From Terriglobia bacterium (lineage in GTDB: Bacteria > Acidobacteriota > Polarisedimenticolia > Polarisedimenticolales > JAIQFR01), in the NCBI GenBank assembly GCA_963748015.1, contig CAVVHE010000009.1, forward strand, positions 64,001-128,000: DNA of 64,000 nt. Direction: 5' to 3'. How positions within the stretch are numbered: position 1 is the stretch's first letter; the number at the start of each line of letters is the position of its first letter. A program made the translations under genes and the position numbers. The notes under the pieces were generated by a model. It did no database searches and was not told the DNA's origin. It was given only the letters and a program-made list of their open reading frames with translations. This document shows positions 19,358-32,621 of the stretch, in pieces.

Positions 19358-19522
19358 AGGAGCCCGTCCGAGTATTGGCTTCGTGGCGAGACGCGCGAGG
19401 CGCGCCGGCTTCAAGGAGCGAAAACCGAAGGCATAGTTCGCGCTATTCCGAGGTTTTCGCGACGCAGCAGCCGGCGATGCATCGCGCGTCGCAGCCGAAG
19501 TCAATACTCGGACAGGCTCCTA
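19358..19522. repeat. Long hairpin (REP/MITE-like) element that is the IS target; its end supplies the mfd stop codon
   Basis: Terminal IR (T)AGGAGCCCGTCCGAGTATTGGCTTCG / CGAAGTCAATACTCGGACAGGCTCCTA with 2 mismatches, plus nested inner stems. Confidence 0.8.
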
Positions 19523-22500
19523 AGCTTCCGTCCCGCCTCCGAGGCGCTCGAGGATGTCGCGCACGGTCCGGATCCTGTCGGTGGCGCGATCGGGGGCGGG
19601 CAGGACCATCATCCCCGACGGCGTCAGCGTGCCGCGCTCCCGCGCGAGCATCTCGATCACGCGCCGCGGCTCGAGGGGCGGCTTGTCGAGGAACCGGATC
19701 TGGAGCCGGCCCTCGGCGACGTCCACGCTGCGGACCCCCGCGGCGTCCGCCGCCAGCCTCAGTCGGCCCATCTCGAACAGGTTGACCGCGGGCAGCGGGA
19801 GATGGCCGTACCGGTCCTCCGTGTCGGCCTGCAGCCGGTCCACCTCGGCCGCGTCGCGGGCCGAGGCGAGACGCTTGTAGAGCACGAGCCGGTCGCCGAC
19901 GTCGGGCATGTAGCTCTCGGGGACCTTGATGTCGACGCCGAGGTGGAGGCTCGCCGGCGCCCGCTCCTCGACCTTCTCCCCCTGCAGCTCGCGGACCGCC
20001 CGCTCGAGGAGCTGCGTGTACAGGTCGAAGCCGAGCGACGCGATGTGCCCGTGCTGGCGCGACCCCAGGAACTCCCCCGCCCCGCGGATCTCGAGGTCGG
20101 CGGCGGCGAGCCGGAACCCCGCCCCCAGCTCGCTGAACTCCTGGAGCGCCTTGAGCCGCCGGCGCGCCGTGTCCGACAGCGCGTGGCGCCCCGGGATGAT
20201 GAAGTAGGCGTAGGCGTGCTGCTCGCTCCGGCCGACGCGGCCGCGCAGCTGGTAGAGCTGGGCGAGGCCGAACCGGTCGGCCCGGTTGACGACGATCGTG
20301 TTCGCGCTGGGAATGTCGAGGCCGTTCTCGATGATCGTGGTCGTCACGAGGATGTCCGCCTCGCGATTCACGAACTTCAGCATCGTCCGCTCGAGCTCGC
20401 GCTCGGGCATCTGGCCGTGCGCCACCACCACGCGGGCTTCCGGCGCCATCTCGAGCACCGCGCGCGCCATCGCCGGCAGCGTCTCGACGCGGTCGTGCAC
20501 CACGAACACCTGCCCGTTGCGCCGCAGCTCCTGGCGGATCGCCTGGGCGAGCACGCTCTTCCGGAACGGGACCAGGTAGGTCTGGATCGCGGACCGGCCG
20601 GGCGGCGGCGTCTCGATGATGGACAGGTCGCGCACCCCGGCGAGCGACATCTGGAGCGTGCGCGGGATCGGGGTCGCCGTCATCGCGAGCACGTCGATGC
20701 CCACGGCGAGCTTCTTGATCCGCTCCTTGTGCGCGACGCCGAAGCGCTGCTCCTCGTCGACGACCAGGAGCCCGAGCCGGTGGAAGCGCACGTCGCGGGA
20801 GAGGATGCGGTGCGTGCCGATGAGAACGTCCACCTCGCCCCGCTCGAGCTCGACGAGCGCCTGCTTGACGTCCGCGGGCGAGCGGAACCGCGAGGCCATC
20901 GCGACCCGCACGGGAAACGCGGCGATCCGCTTGCGAAAGGTGCTGAAGTGCTGCGCGGCGAGCACGGTGGTCGGGGCGAGCACCGCGACCTGGAAGCCGT
21001 CCATCACCGCCTTGAACGCGGCGCGCACCGCGACCTCGGTCTTGCCGTAGCCGACGTCGCCGACGAGCAGGCGGTCCATCGGCTGCCTCGACTCCATGTC
21101 CCTCTTCACGTCGTCGATCGCGCGCTCCTGGTCCGGCGTCAGCTCGTACGGGAACGCCTCCTCGAGCTCGCGCTGCCACGGCGTGTCCGGCGAGAACGCG
21201 TTCCCCTCGGCCGCCCTGCGCCGCGCGTAGAGATCGAGCAGCTCCTTCGCCATGAACTCGACCGACTTCCTGACGCGCGTCTTGATCCGCTCCCAGCCGG
21301 GGCCGCCGAGACGGTCGAGGTGCGGCTTGTGGCCGCCGACCCCGCTGTACTTCTGGACGAGGTCGAGGCGGTCCACGGGGACGAACAGGCGGTCCCCGAG
21401 GGCGAACTCCAGCACCATGAAGTCCCGGTTCAGGCTCCCCCCCTTGGGGCGGCCGAGGCCCGCGTAGCGCGCGAGGCCGTGGTCCACGTGGACGACGACG
21501 CTCCCGACCTTGAGGTCGCGGAAGTCCGAGATGAACGCCGCGCGTCCCCGGCTCTTGCGCTCCGCGGCCTTCGGCTCCTCGCCGAACACCTCGCGCTCCG
21601 ACAGGACGAGCAGCCGCTCCTGGGGAAACTCGAAGCCCGACCGAAGCGCGCCGGTCAGGACGAACACGCCGCCGGGGCCCCACGCGTCGCCCGGCGGCCG
21701 CCCTTCCCTCGTGATCGACGCGGGCGTCTGCCCGTACTCCGCCAGGACCTCGGCGAGGCGGGCGGCGCTTCCCGGCGCGCGCATCACGCAGAGCGTCCTC
21801 GCCCCCGCGGCGCGCCCCGCCTCGAGGTCGCGCGCGAGGTCGGCGATCCTCCCGGAGTATCCGGGCGCCGGCCTCGCCGTGGCCAGGAGCGAGATGGACG
21901 CACCGGGGGGCGGCGCGCCGGCCAGCTCCTGCAGGAACAGCCCGGCCGAGCGCAGGAGGTCCCGCACCGCGACGGCCCCGGCGTAGAGCTGCTCGGGGGG
22001 CGGGAGGATCCGGTCGCCGCTCTGCCCGTGGGCCGAGCGCGCGTCGTTCGCCGCGCGCGCCAGCTCCTCCTCGACGCGCTCCGGCTCGTCGACCGCGAGG
22101 AGCATCTCCCGCGCGTGGTCGAAGAGCAGGACCGGCCTCGCGGCGGTGAGGGTCGCGAGCGCCTCGAGGCCGGGCAGGCATCCCTCGGCGCGCAGCTCGT
22201 CGAGCTTCTCGCGGAACTCGCGGACCGGTCCGTCCTCCTTGCGCGCCCGCGACGCGCCGTCCTCGAGGTAGCGGGCGAGCCGCTCGAGGGCCTCGTCGCC
22301 CGCGGCGCTCTCGGCCGCCGGGGCGATGACCGCCTCCTCGAGGAATCCCGTGGAGCGCTGGTGGTCGGTGTCGAAGGAGCGGAGGGAGTCCACCGCGTCG
22401 CCGAACAGCTCGATGCGGATCGGCTCGTCGGCGCCGGGAGGGAAGATGTCCACGATCCCCCCCCGGCGCGAGACCTCCCCCGGCGCGCTCACGACGTCCA

Positions 22501-23017
22501 CCCGGCGGTACCCCAAGCCCATCGCCTCGAGCACGAAGCGATCCGGCGGGAGGGCGTCGCCCTTGCGGACCGTCCGGGTGCGGTCCCGGAGCTCCTCCGG
22601 CGACGGCAGCCGCGAGAGGAGGGCGCGCGCCGGGGCGATCAGGAAGTCCGCCTCGCCGCGCGCGAGCCGCCCCAGCGCGACGACCCGCTCCCGGACTACC
22701 TCGGGGTGGGCGGGGATCGCGTTGTAGGGGTCGGAGTCCATCGCGGGCATCACGACCACGCGCCGCGGGTCGCGCCCTACGATCGTCGCGAAGACGGCGA
22801 GATCGCGGTGCCGGGACTCGAGCGCGGCGTCGTCGGGGACGACGATCAGGACGCGCCGCCCGGTCGTCTCGGCGAGCAGCGTCAGGACGAGCGCCCCCGC
22901 CCCGCCGACGAGCCCCTCGAGGGCGACGCTCCCTCCGCCGCCGCGCACCCGGTGCTCGAGCTCGCGGAAGTGGGGGGCCTCGACCAGCGGCGCGAACAGG
23001 GCGAGGTCCGCGCTCAC
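19520..23017 (-). CDS. mfd: Transcription-repair coupling factor
   Basis: VHVDHGLARY, MDRLLVGDVGYGKTEVA, VDEEQRFGV, TATPIPRT, QLRGRVGRS; GTG at 23017. Confidence 0.97.
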   Translation of the reverse strand: MSADLALFAPLVEAPHFRELEHRVRGGGGSVALEGLVGGAGALVLTLLAETTGRRVLIVVPDDAALESRHRDLAVFATIVGRDPRRVVVMPAMDSDPYNAIPAHPEVVRERVVALGRLARGEADFLIAPARALLSRLPSPEELRDRTRTVRKGDALPPDRFVLEAMGLGYRRVDVVSAPGEVSRRGGIVDIFPPGADEPIRIELFGDAVDSLRSFDTDHQRSTGFLEEAVIAPAAESAAGDEALERLARYLEDGASRARKEDGPVREFREKLDELRAEGCLPGLEALATLTAARPVLLFDHAREMLLAVDEPERVEEELARAANDARSAHGQSGDRILPPPEQLYAGAVAVRDLLRSAGLFLQELAGAPPPGASISLLATARPAPGYSGRIADLARDLEAGRAAGARTLCVMRAPGSAARLAEVLAEYGQTPASITREGRPPGDAWGPGGVFVLTGALRSGFEFPQERLLVLSEREVFGEEPKAAERKSRGRAAFISDFRDLKVGSVVVHVDHGLARYAGLGRPKGGSLNRDFMVLEFALGDRLFVPVDRLDLVQKYSGVGGHKPHLDRLGGPGWERIKTRVRKSVEFMAKELLDLYARRRAAEGNAFSPDTPWQRELEEAFPYELTPDQERAIDDVKRDMESRQPMDRLLVGDVGYGKTEVAVRAAFKAVMDGFQVAVLAPTTVLAAQHFSTFRKRIAAFPVRVAMASRFRSPADVKQALVELERGEVDVLIGTHRILSRDVRFHRLGLLVVDEEQRFGVAHKERIKKLAVGIDVLAMTATPIPRTLQMSLAGVRDLSIIETPPPGRSAIQTYLVPFRKSVLAQAIRQELRRNGQVFVVHDRVETLPAMARAVLEMAPEARVVVAHGQMPERELERTMLKFVNREADILVTTTIIENGLDIPSANTIVVNRADRFGLAQLYQLRGRVGRSEQHAYAYFIIPGRHALSDTARRRLKALQEFSELGAGFRLAAADLEIRGAGEFLGSRQHGHIASLGFDLYTQLLERAVRELQGEKVEERAPASLHLGVDIKVPESYMPDVGDRLVLYKRLASARDAAEVDRLQADTEDRYGHLPLPAVNLFEMGRLRLAADAAGVRSVDVAEGRLQIRFLDKPPLEPRRVIEMLARERGTLTPSGMMVLPAPDRATDRIRTVRDILERLGGGTEA

Positions 23018-24060
23018 GCGCCGCCCCCTTCGCGCCGCGCGCCTTTCACCAGCACGAACGCGGCCTGGTCGCCCCGCCGCTCCCGGTTGAGCCGGACGGC
23101 CGCCCGCGCGAGCCGGAACTTCCGCAGCATCCAGGCGATCCGCGCGAGCCCGCGCCCCTTCGGGTGGTCCTTGAGCGGCACGTCCCGGGCGTAGCCCTCG
23201 GAGGCCCAGAACTGGATCGAGTGCGAATCGTACTCGGTTCGCGCCAGGCGGAACCCCGCCCCGGCGGCCAGCAGGCGCACGCTCTCGACGGAGTGGAGGA
23301 AGAGGTGGCGCGGGGCGTCGAGCTGCACCCAGTGGACGCCGTAGTGCTTCCACGCGAACGACGAGACGGTCGGGATCCGGATGAGGCAGAGGCCTCCGTC
23401 GCGGAGCAGGCGGTTCGCGGTCTCGAGCGTCTCGAGGGGGTCCGGCATGTGCTCGAAGGCATGGTGGAAGGCGATCACGTCCCAGCTCGAGGGGCCCTCG
23501 ATCTCCGAGATCCGCTTCGCCTCGATCGTGAGTCCGTTGCCGTAGCGGATGTCCCCGGGGAGGAAGGGATCGCAGCCGGCCACCCTCTCGAACCCCATCT
23601 TCCGCAGCGGGTACAGGAAGCTCTTCCCGTTGCCGCAGCCGACGTCGAGGACCCTCGCGGACCGGTCGATGCCCAAGCCGGCGAGCGCGGCGAAATGCCG
23701 TCTCGGAAACGCCCGGGCGATCGCCTTCCGGAGGAGGGTGTCGGGAAAGAGCGACGCCTCGAGCGGAAGGACGCGGAGCGCGCCGCGGAGACCCGCGTAC
23801 TTGCGCTCGTCGAGGGGGCGGGAGCTGTAGTAGCCGCTCGGGTAGTGCCTCGCGAGGTCGGCCGGGACCTCGGCGATCTGGAGGCAGCCGCAGTCCGCGC
23901 ACTCGAAGTACGCGAACTCCTCCCGGGTGCCGAACTGCATCTCGCGAGCGAGGAACTCGCGGTGGCTACCCACGCTGCCGCAGACCCTGCACGGGCCGGG
24001 ACGGGGGCCGTCCGCGGGGCCCCGGCCGGGCCCGCCTCCCGCCGCCGCGGGCGAAGGCAT
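23014..24060 (-). CDS. Class I SAM-dependent methyltransferase with an N-terminal Cys motif
   Basis: CRVC..CADCGC; VLDVGCGNG; FHHAFEHMPDP; DAPRHLF. Confidence 0.85.
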   Translation of the reverse strand: MPSPAAAGGGPGRGPADGPRPGPCRVCGSVGSHREFLAREMQFGTREEFAYFECADCGCLQIAEVPADLARHYPSGYYSSRPLDERKYAGLRGALRVLPLEASLFPDTLLRKAIARAFPRRHFAALAGLGIDRSARVLDVGCGNGKSFLYPLRKMGFERVAGCDPFLPGDIRYGNGLTIEAKRISEIEGPSSWDVIAFHHAFEHMPDPLETLETANRLLRDGGLCLIRIPTVSSFAWKHYGVHWVQLDAPRHLFLHSVESVRLLAAGAGFRLARTEYDSHSIQFWASEGYARDVPLKDHPKGRGLARIAWMLRKFRLARAAVRLNRERRGDQAAFVLVKGARREGGGA

Positions 24061-24062
24061 CG

Positions 24063-24617
24063 CTACCGCTCCGTGCCGCGGGCCGGAGACGCCGGCGGCG
24101 GTTCCCCCGGCGTGTCGCGGCGGGCTCCGGCGAGGATCCGCTCGAGCAGGTCGCTCGTGGACTTGCCGGCGAGGAGCGGGATCGTCACCACGCGGCCGCC
24201 TCGGGCCTCGACCGCCTCGCGCCCGACGATACGGTCGGGCGCCCAGTCCCCTCCCTTGACCAGGACGTCGGGGGCGAGCTCCGCGATCAGGCGCGCGGGA
24301 GTGTCCTCGCCGAATCCGACGACGAAATCCACGGCCTCGAGGCCCGCGAGCATGAGGGCGCGCTCGTCGAACGGGACGACGGGACGGTCCGGCCCCTTGA
24401 GACGCGAGACCGACGCGTCCTCGTTGAGCCCGATCACGAGCAGATCGCCGAGCCGGGCGGCCGCCTCGAGCAGGTGGAGATGTCCCGCGTGGAGGACGTC
24501 GTAGCAGCCGTTGGTGAAGACGACCGTGCGCCCGGCCTCGCGCATCGGGCGAAGGCGCGACGCGAGGTCGGCGGGCGGGAGCACCTTGTCGCGCGCCGCG
24601 CGCGCTTCGCGGCTCAT
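24063..24617 (-). CDS. rfaE2: D-glycero-beta-D-manno-heptose 1-phosphate adenylyltransferase
   Basis: VFTNGCYDVLHAGH, GLNEDASVSRLKG, PDVLVKGGDW. Confidence 0.9.
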   Translation of the reverse strand: MSREARAARDKVLPPADLASRLRPMREAGRTVVFTNGCYDVLHAGHLHLLEAAARLGDLLVIGLNEDASVSRLKGPDRPVVPFDERALMLAGLEAVDFVVGFGEDTPARLIAELAPDVLVKGGDWAPDRIVGREAVEARGGRVVTIPLLAGKSTSDLLERILAGARRDTPGEPPPASPARGTER

Positions 24618-25402
24618 GAGCCTCCTCCCTCGCCGGCGTGGCTCGCGGGGGGGACCTCGGGGTTGTACAGCCCCCTCCGGAAGCGCCAGCGCACGCGCGC
24701 CACGTCGACGAGCATGTTGACCGGGTCGACGAGAAGCGTCACCTTCGACTCGGGCGAGTTCCTCCAAACCACGGGAACCTCCCGCACCGCGAGGCGGAAG
24801 CGCATGCAGAGATAGAGGAGCTCCACGTCGAACGCGAACCGGTCCACGACCATCTTCTCGAAGAGCGGTCGGACGCGCTCGCGGTCCATGAGCTTGAACC
24901 CGCACTGCGTGTCGCGATAGGGAAGGCCGGTCATCAGCCGGATCAGCCGGTTGAACGTCTTCCCCATGGCCACCCGCACGAAGTTCTGGCGGACCTCGAT
25001 GCGGGAGCTCGCGAGGGCCCGCGAGCCTATCGCCACGTCGATGTCGTGTTCCCGCACGGCCTCCGCGAGGACCGCGTGCTCCTCGATCGGGGCCGAGAGG
25101 TCCGCGTCGGTCAGGAGCACCCACCGGCCGGCCGCCTCGAGCACGCCGCGCCGCACCGAGTACCCCTTGCCGCGGTTCTCGGGGTTTCTCAGGACCCGGC
25201 CCCTGCGCCCCTTGAGGAACTCCGCGCCGAGCCGGGCGGTCCCGTCGGAAGATCCGTCGTCCACGATGACGATCTCCGACGACAGGGCCGCCTTCTCCAG
25301 GTACGCGGCGATCCTCGACAGGGTGGCGGGGAGGCGGCGCTCCTCGTTGTACGCGGGGATCACCACGGTCAGGTGGGGCCGTCCGGCGTGCTCTCCGATC
25401 AA
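24614..25402 (-). CDS. GT2 glycosyltransferase (dolichyl-phosphate beta-glucosyltransferase-like)
   Basis: VVIPAYNE, VDDGSSDGT, NRGKG, DADLS, DTQCGFK, FAFDVE. Confidence 0.9.
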   Translation of the reverse strand: MIGEHAGRPHLTVVIPAYNEERRLPATLSRIAAYLEKAALSSEIVIVDDGSSDGTARLGAEFLKGRRGRVLRNPENRGKGYSVRRGVLEAAGRWVLLTDADLSAPIEEHAVLAEAVREHDIDVAIGSRALASSRIEVRQNFVRVAMGKTFNRLIRLMTGLPYRDTQCGFKLMDRERVRPLFEKMVVDRFAFDVELLYLCMRFRLAVREVPVVWRNSPESKVTLLVDPVNMLVDVARVRWRFRRGLYNPEVPPASHAGEGGGS

Positions 25403-25409
25403 GGTCTCC

Positions 25410-26591
25410 TCAGTCGGCCGGGGGGACCGGCAGCGAGCCGCCCCCCTCGACGAACCGGTCGTACGGTTCCGCGTGGCCGTGGTGCACGATGAACATCCTG
25501 GGGTACTGGACCACGTCGCCGTTCTCGTCGAACGCGACCTGGCCCGAGGCGCCCGAGTAGTCGTCGATGGAGTTGAGTCCCTTCCTCACACTGTCCGGGT
25601 CGGGCGATCCTCCTCTCTGGATCGCGAGCACGAGCACCTTGAGGGCGTCGTACCCGTGGGCCGCGAAGCTGTCCGGGTCCTCGCGGAACCTGGCCCGGTA
25701 GGCGGCCACGAAGCTCCTCGTCGCGCGCCGCGGCGACTGCGGATCGAACGCCACCTCGGGAAACACCAGCCCCTCCGCCGCCGGCCCCGCCCTGCGCGCG
25801 GCGTCGGCGGTGACGGAGGAGGTGCCGAGGACGACGGAGGCGAACCCCGCTTCCCGGAGCGCTCTCAGGATCCCCGCGGTGTCGTCGGCGTATCCCGCGA
25901 GGTAGATGCCGTCGGGGCGAAGCCCGCTCACCCTCGCGGCGAGGACCGGGAACGCGTCGGCGTCTCCCGCCCGGAACGTGAACGTGCCGATCACCTCGCG
26001 GGCATCTCCGGCGAAGTGCTCCGCGAACACCTTCGACAGGCCGGCGCCGTACTCGTTCTGGACGCCGAGGACCGCGACGCGCCGGAGCCCGAGGTCGCGG
26101 GCGAAATCCGCCAGCGAGGTGCCCTCGAGCGTATCCGAGGGGTAGTTCCGGTAGACCCACTCCCCCGCCCCCGTGATCTCCGGCGAGGACGAGGTCGGCG
26201 AGAGGAGGACGGCGCGGCCGCTCTGGCAGATCGGCGCGATGCTCAGGGTCACCGGCGAGGAGACCGCCCCGATCAGGAGGCGCACCCCCTCCTTCTCGAC
26301 CAGCTCGCGGGCCACCTGCGCGCCGATCTCCGGGTTGGTGGCGTCGTCGCGATAGAGGATCCGGACTCTCGCCCCCACCCCCCCGGCGGCCCGAACCTCG
26401 TCGAGGGCCAGCTCGAGACCGCGGCGCACCTTCTCGCCGTAGGGGGCGGCCGCGCCGGTGTCGGAGACGATCGCGCCGACGAGGACCGGCCGCGCGCAAC
26501 CCGGGACGGCGAGCAGCGCGGCCAGGAGGACCGCCGCGCGCGGGAGCGCGCTCCTTGTGGCGGCTCGGGCTCCTGGGTCCGGCGTTCTCAA
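25410..26591 (-). CDS. ABC transporter substrate-binding lipoprotein (branched-chain amino acid type); start uncertain
   Basis: Lipobox AVPGC; TGAAAPYG, GAVSSPVT, NEYGAGL, AAHGYDA. Confidence 0.85.
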   Translation of the reverse strand: MRTPDPGARAATRSALPRAAVLLAALLAVPGCARPVLVGAIVSDTGAAAPYGEKVRRGLELALDEVRAAGGVGARVRILYRDDATNPEIGAQVARELVEKEGVRLLIGAVSSPVTLSIAPICQSGRAVLLSPTSSSPEITGAGEWVYRNYPSDTLEGTSLADFARDLGLRRVAVLGVQNEYGAGLSKVFAEHFAGDAREVIGTFTFRAGDADAFPVLAARVSGLRPDGIYLAGYADDTAGILRALREAGFASVVLGTSSVTADAARRAGPAAEGLVFPEVAFDPQSPRRATRSFVAAYRARFREDPDSFAAHGYDALKVLVLAIQRGGSPDPDSVRKGLNSIDDYSGASGQVAFDENGDVVQYPRMFIVHHGHAEPYDRFVEGGGSLPVPPAD

Positions 26592-26639
26592 CAGAGAGCT
26601 CTCGATTCCCGACCCTCGAGCCCGGAATCCGCCGGAGGG

Positions 26640-27059
26640 TCAGCTTGTCCCAACCCGCTTCGCGACCGCGATCCGGACCTCGGCCCTCTCGAGATGGGCC
26701 GCCGCGTGCCGGACGTCGTCCTCGGTGGCGTCGGCGCGGGCGAGCTCCGCCCTCGCGCGGTCGCGCGCCTCCGTGGCCCGCGCGACGTCGATCTCCTCGG
26801 CGCGCTCGCAGGTCTCGGCGAGCACGCTCACGCGGTGCTGGAGGACCTCGGCGAAGCCGCCCGAGATCGCGAGATATCGCGCGCGCCCTCCGGAATGGTA
26901 GGAGATCTCTCCCGCCGCGAGCGCAGTGAGGAGCGGCGCGTGCCCCGGCAGCACCCCGAGGTATCCCTCGCTCCCCGGCAACACGAGATCGTCCACCGTC
27001 TCGGACAACACGAGGCTTCCCGGGGTCACGATCTCGAGGTCGATCTTCAGTGGGTCCAT
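26640..27059 (-). CDS. atpC: ATP synthase epsilon subunit
   Basis: LEIVTP, GVLPGHAPLL, AISGGFAEV. Confidence 0.96.
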   Translation of the reverse strand: MDPLKIDLEIVTPGSLVLSETVDDLVLPGSEGYLGVLPGHAPLLTALAAGEISYHSGGRARYLAISGGFAEVLQHRVSVLAETCERAEEIDVARATEARDRARAELARADATEDDVRHAAAHLERAEVRIAVAKRVGTS

Positions 27060-27066
27060 CGCGGTG

Positions 27067-29380
<2,314 letters not shown>

Positions 29381-29392
29381 TCGGCTCCGCCC

Positions 29393-30955
<1,563 letters not shown>

Positions 30956-30957
30956 GC

Positions 30958-31500
30958 CTACTCCTCGGCCATCCTGCGCCTCAGGGCGCCAAGCTGGGTG
31001 CTCAGGCTCCCGTCGTAGACGGTCGAGCCTATCCGGGTCACCGCTCCTCCGACCAGCGAGGGCGACACCTCGCAGGTGAGGCGCACCTTGCGCGCCGTGA
31101 GCTTCTCGAGAACTCCTTGCGCCCGCGCCACGAGATCCGCCGAAATCGGGGACGCCGTCGTGAGCGTCGCGGGAACCACGCCGAGCGCCTCGTCCTTCGC
31201 CTCCTGGAACGCTTCCGCGATCGCCGGAAGCACCGCCGACCTTCCGTGCTCCGCCACGACCGCGAGGAAGGCCCTCATCACGGGCGGCGCCTCCGCATCG
31301 CGCGTGAGCGCGTCGAGTACCGCTCGCCGCGCCTGCCGGGGGACCGCCGGATTCAACAGAACGTCGCGGAGCTCCAGGGAGGCGTCCATCGCGGACGCGA
31401 TCGCCGCGAGGAACTCTCCCGCGCGCTCCACCGTCGCCGGATCGGGGATCGCGGCGAGCAGCGCCCTGGCGTATCGTTTCGCGAGCAGACGGTCTTTCAT
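30958..31500 (-). CDS. atpH: ATP synthase delta subunit
   Basis: [27 protein letters not shown]; first gene of atpHAGDC. Confidence 0.95.
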   Translation of the reverse strand: MKDRLLAKRYARALLAAIPDPATVERAGEFLAAIASAMDASLELRDVLLNPAVPRQARRAVLDALTRDAEAPPVMRAFLAVVAEHGRSAVLPAIAEAFQEAKDEALGVVPATLTTASPISADLVARAQGVLEKLTARKVRLTCEVSPSLVGGAVTRIGSTVYDGSLSTQLGALRRRMAEE

Positions 31501-32009
31501 GGACCCTCGATCCTAGCGGCCGCTACCCTGCCCAACCCCGGGTTCGCTTCCCGCCTCCCCCGCCGCGACAATCGCGGGAAACACGTTTCCCTTGTTGGAG
31601 ATGGCGGACCTTATCACAGCCCTTTTCGGACCGTCAACCATCCGCCGCTCGCCCCTCGCTACGCTCGGGTTTCGCGGCGGGAGTGCACCCTCACAACAAA
31701 CAGATCGGAACCGGACAACCGGCCAAATCACTTGCTACGAAAAGCAGACATTTCTGCTTGCTATCAACACCGTCCGCCGCTCGGCCTCGTCCTGACTGAC
31801 TGACCAGGTAGCGGGGCCCGAGACCGGAAGCGTCCGCAGACGGCCCTTTTCTGGGCCGGCGAGGAACGCTTCCGGTCTCGGGCCCCGCGGTGGCGGCGTG
31901 GGCTGCGGCTGATTCGTCCGGAGGCGAGGGCGTCCGAAGGCGACCCTTTTGCGAGCTGGCGAGGACGCTCTCGCCTCCGGACGAGGCAGCCGCTCGAACT
32001 CGCGGCCCG

Positions 32010-32408
32010 TTAGACCGCGTCGTCTCGTTTCTCGACGCGGACGGTGCCGTCGAAGGAGGCGCCGGGCTCGAGGACGACGCCGCCCTCGCGCTCCATGGTC
32101 ACGTCGCCGAACACGCGGCCGCCACGCCGGATCTCGAGCCGCTCGGCGATGCGCAGCTTCCCCCGGACGAACCCGCTGACCGACAGGGCCTGAACATGGA
32201 GGTCGTCCGACTCGACCTCGCCGGTCGGTCCGACGACCAGGGTCGAGGGGGATCGCACGCGTCCCGCGATGCGGCCGTCGACCCGGAGCCCCGTCGTGAG
32301 CTCGATGATCCCCTCGATCCGGTTGCCGCTGCCGACAAACCCGAACACGTCCCTCGGCAAGCCTGGGTTGCGCGCCCTCTTGGGCCTCTTTTCTCTGCGA
32401 AGGCGCAT
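32010..32408 (-). CDS. Bactofilin (polymer-forming cytoskeletal protein)
   Basis: GNRIEGIIE..LRVDGRIAG..LVVGPTGEV..VSGFVRGKL..GRVFGDV..LEPGASFDG beta-helix pattern. Confidence 0.88.
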   Translation of the reverse strand: MRLRREKRPKRARNPGLPRDVFGFVGSGNRIEGIIELTTGLRVDGRIAGRVRSPSTLVVGPTGEVESDDLHVQALSVSGFVRGKLRIAERLEIRRGGRVFGDVTMEREGGVVLEPGASFDGTVRVEKRDDAV

Positions 32409-32482
32409 CACGCCGCCTGACCCTGGCCGGATCCGGCCACGGCTCCGGCGCCGGGGCGTCGCGATCGCGACGCGAAGACGCG

Positions 32483-32621
32483 GCCGACCGACCTGTCGGC
32501 ATTGCTCGAATTGCAGACATCCATGTCGGCACGGATGCGTCCGCCGACTTGACGGTCGGCAAAATGCCTAGCGCCGACAGAATAGTCGGCAAACTCGCAT
32601 TTGCCGACACAAATGTCGGCA
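32483..32621. repeat. Array of five GCCGAC-N6-GTCGGCA palindromes at an exact 30-bp period
   Basis: GTCGGC ends at 32500, 32530, 32560, 32590 and 32620; inner 6-nt and outer 11-nt spacers all differ; unit 2 has GCAGAC. Confidence 0.9.

Larger units (their letters stand above)
17810..19359 (+). mobile_element. IS110-family element, IS1111 subgroup, complete
   Basis: Subterminal IRs ATGGAACGACC (17817-17827) and GGTCGTTCCAT (19344-19354); AG core at 17810-17811 and 19358-19359; TTGACA at 19338; long 3' non-coding end. Confidence 0.9.

Noticed and set aside
17803..19360. Alternative IS boundary using CAGG as the core
   Set aside because: The AG core restores the target hairpin's TAGGAGCC end, fits IS1111 IR spacing and matches the guide segments. 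CAGG does none of these.
32483..32621. CRISPR array interpretation of the 30-bp array
   Set aside because: Constant parts are only 6-7 nt and spacers 6 and 11 nt, and no cas genes are present. The Cas4-like TM0106 gene is 26 kb away and belongs to a non-CRISPR family.
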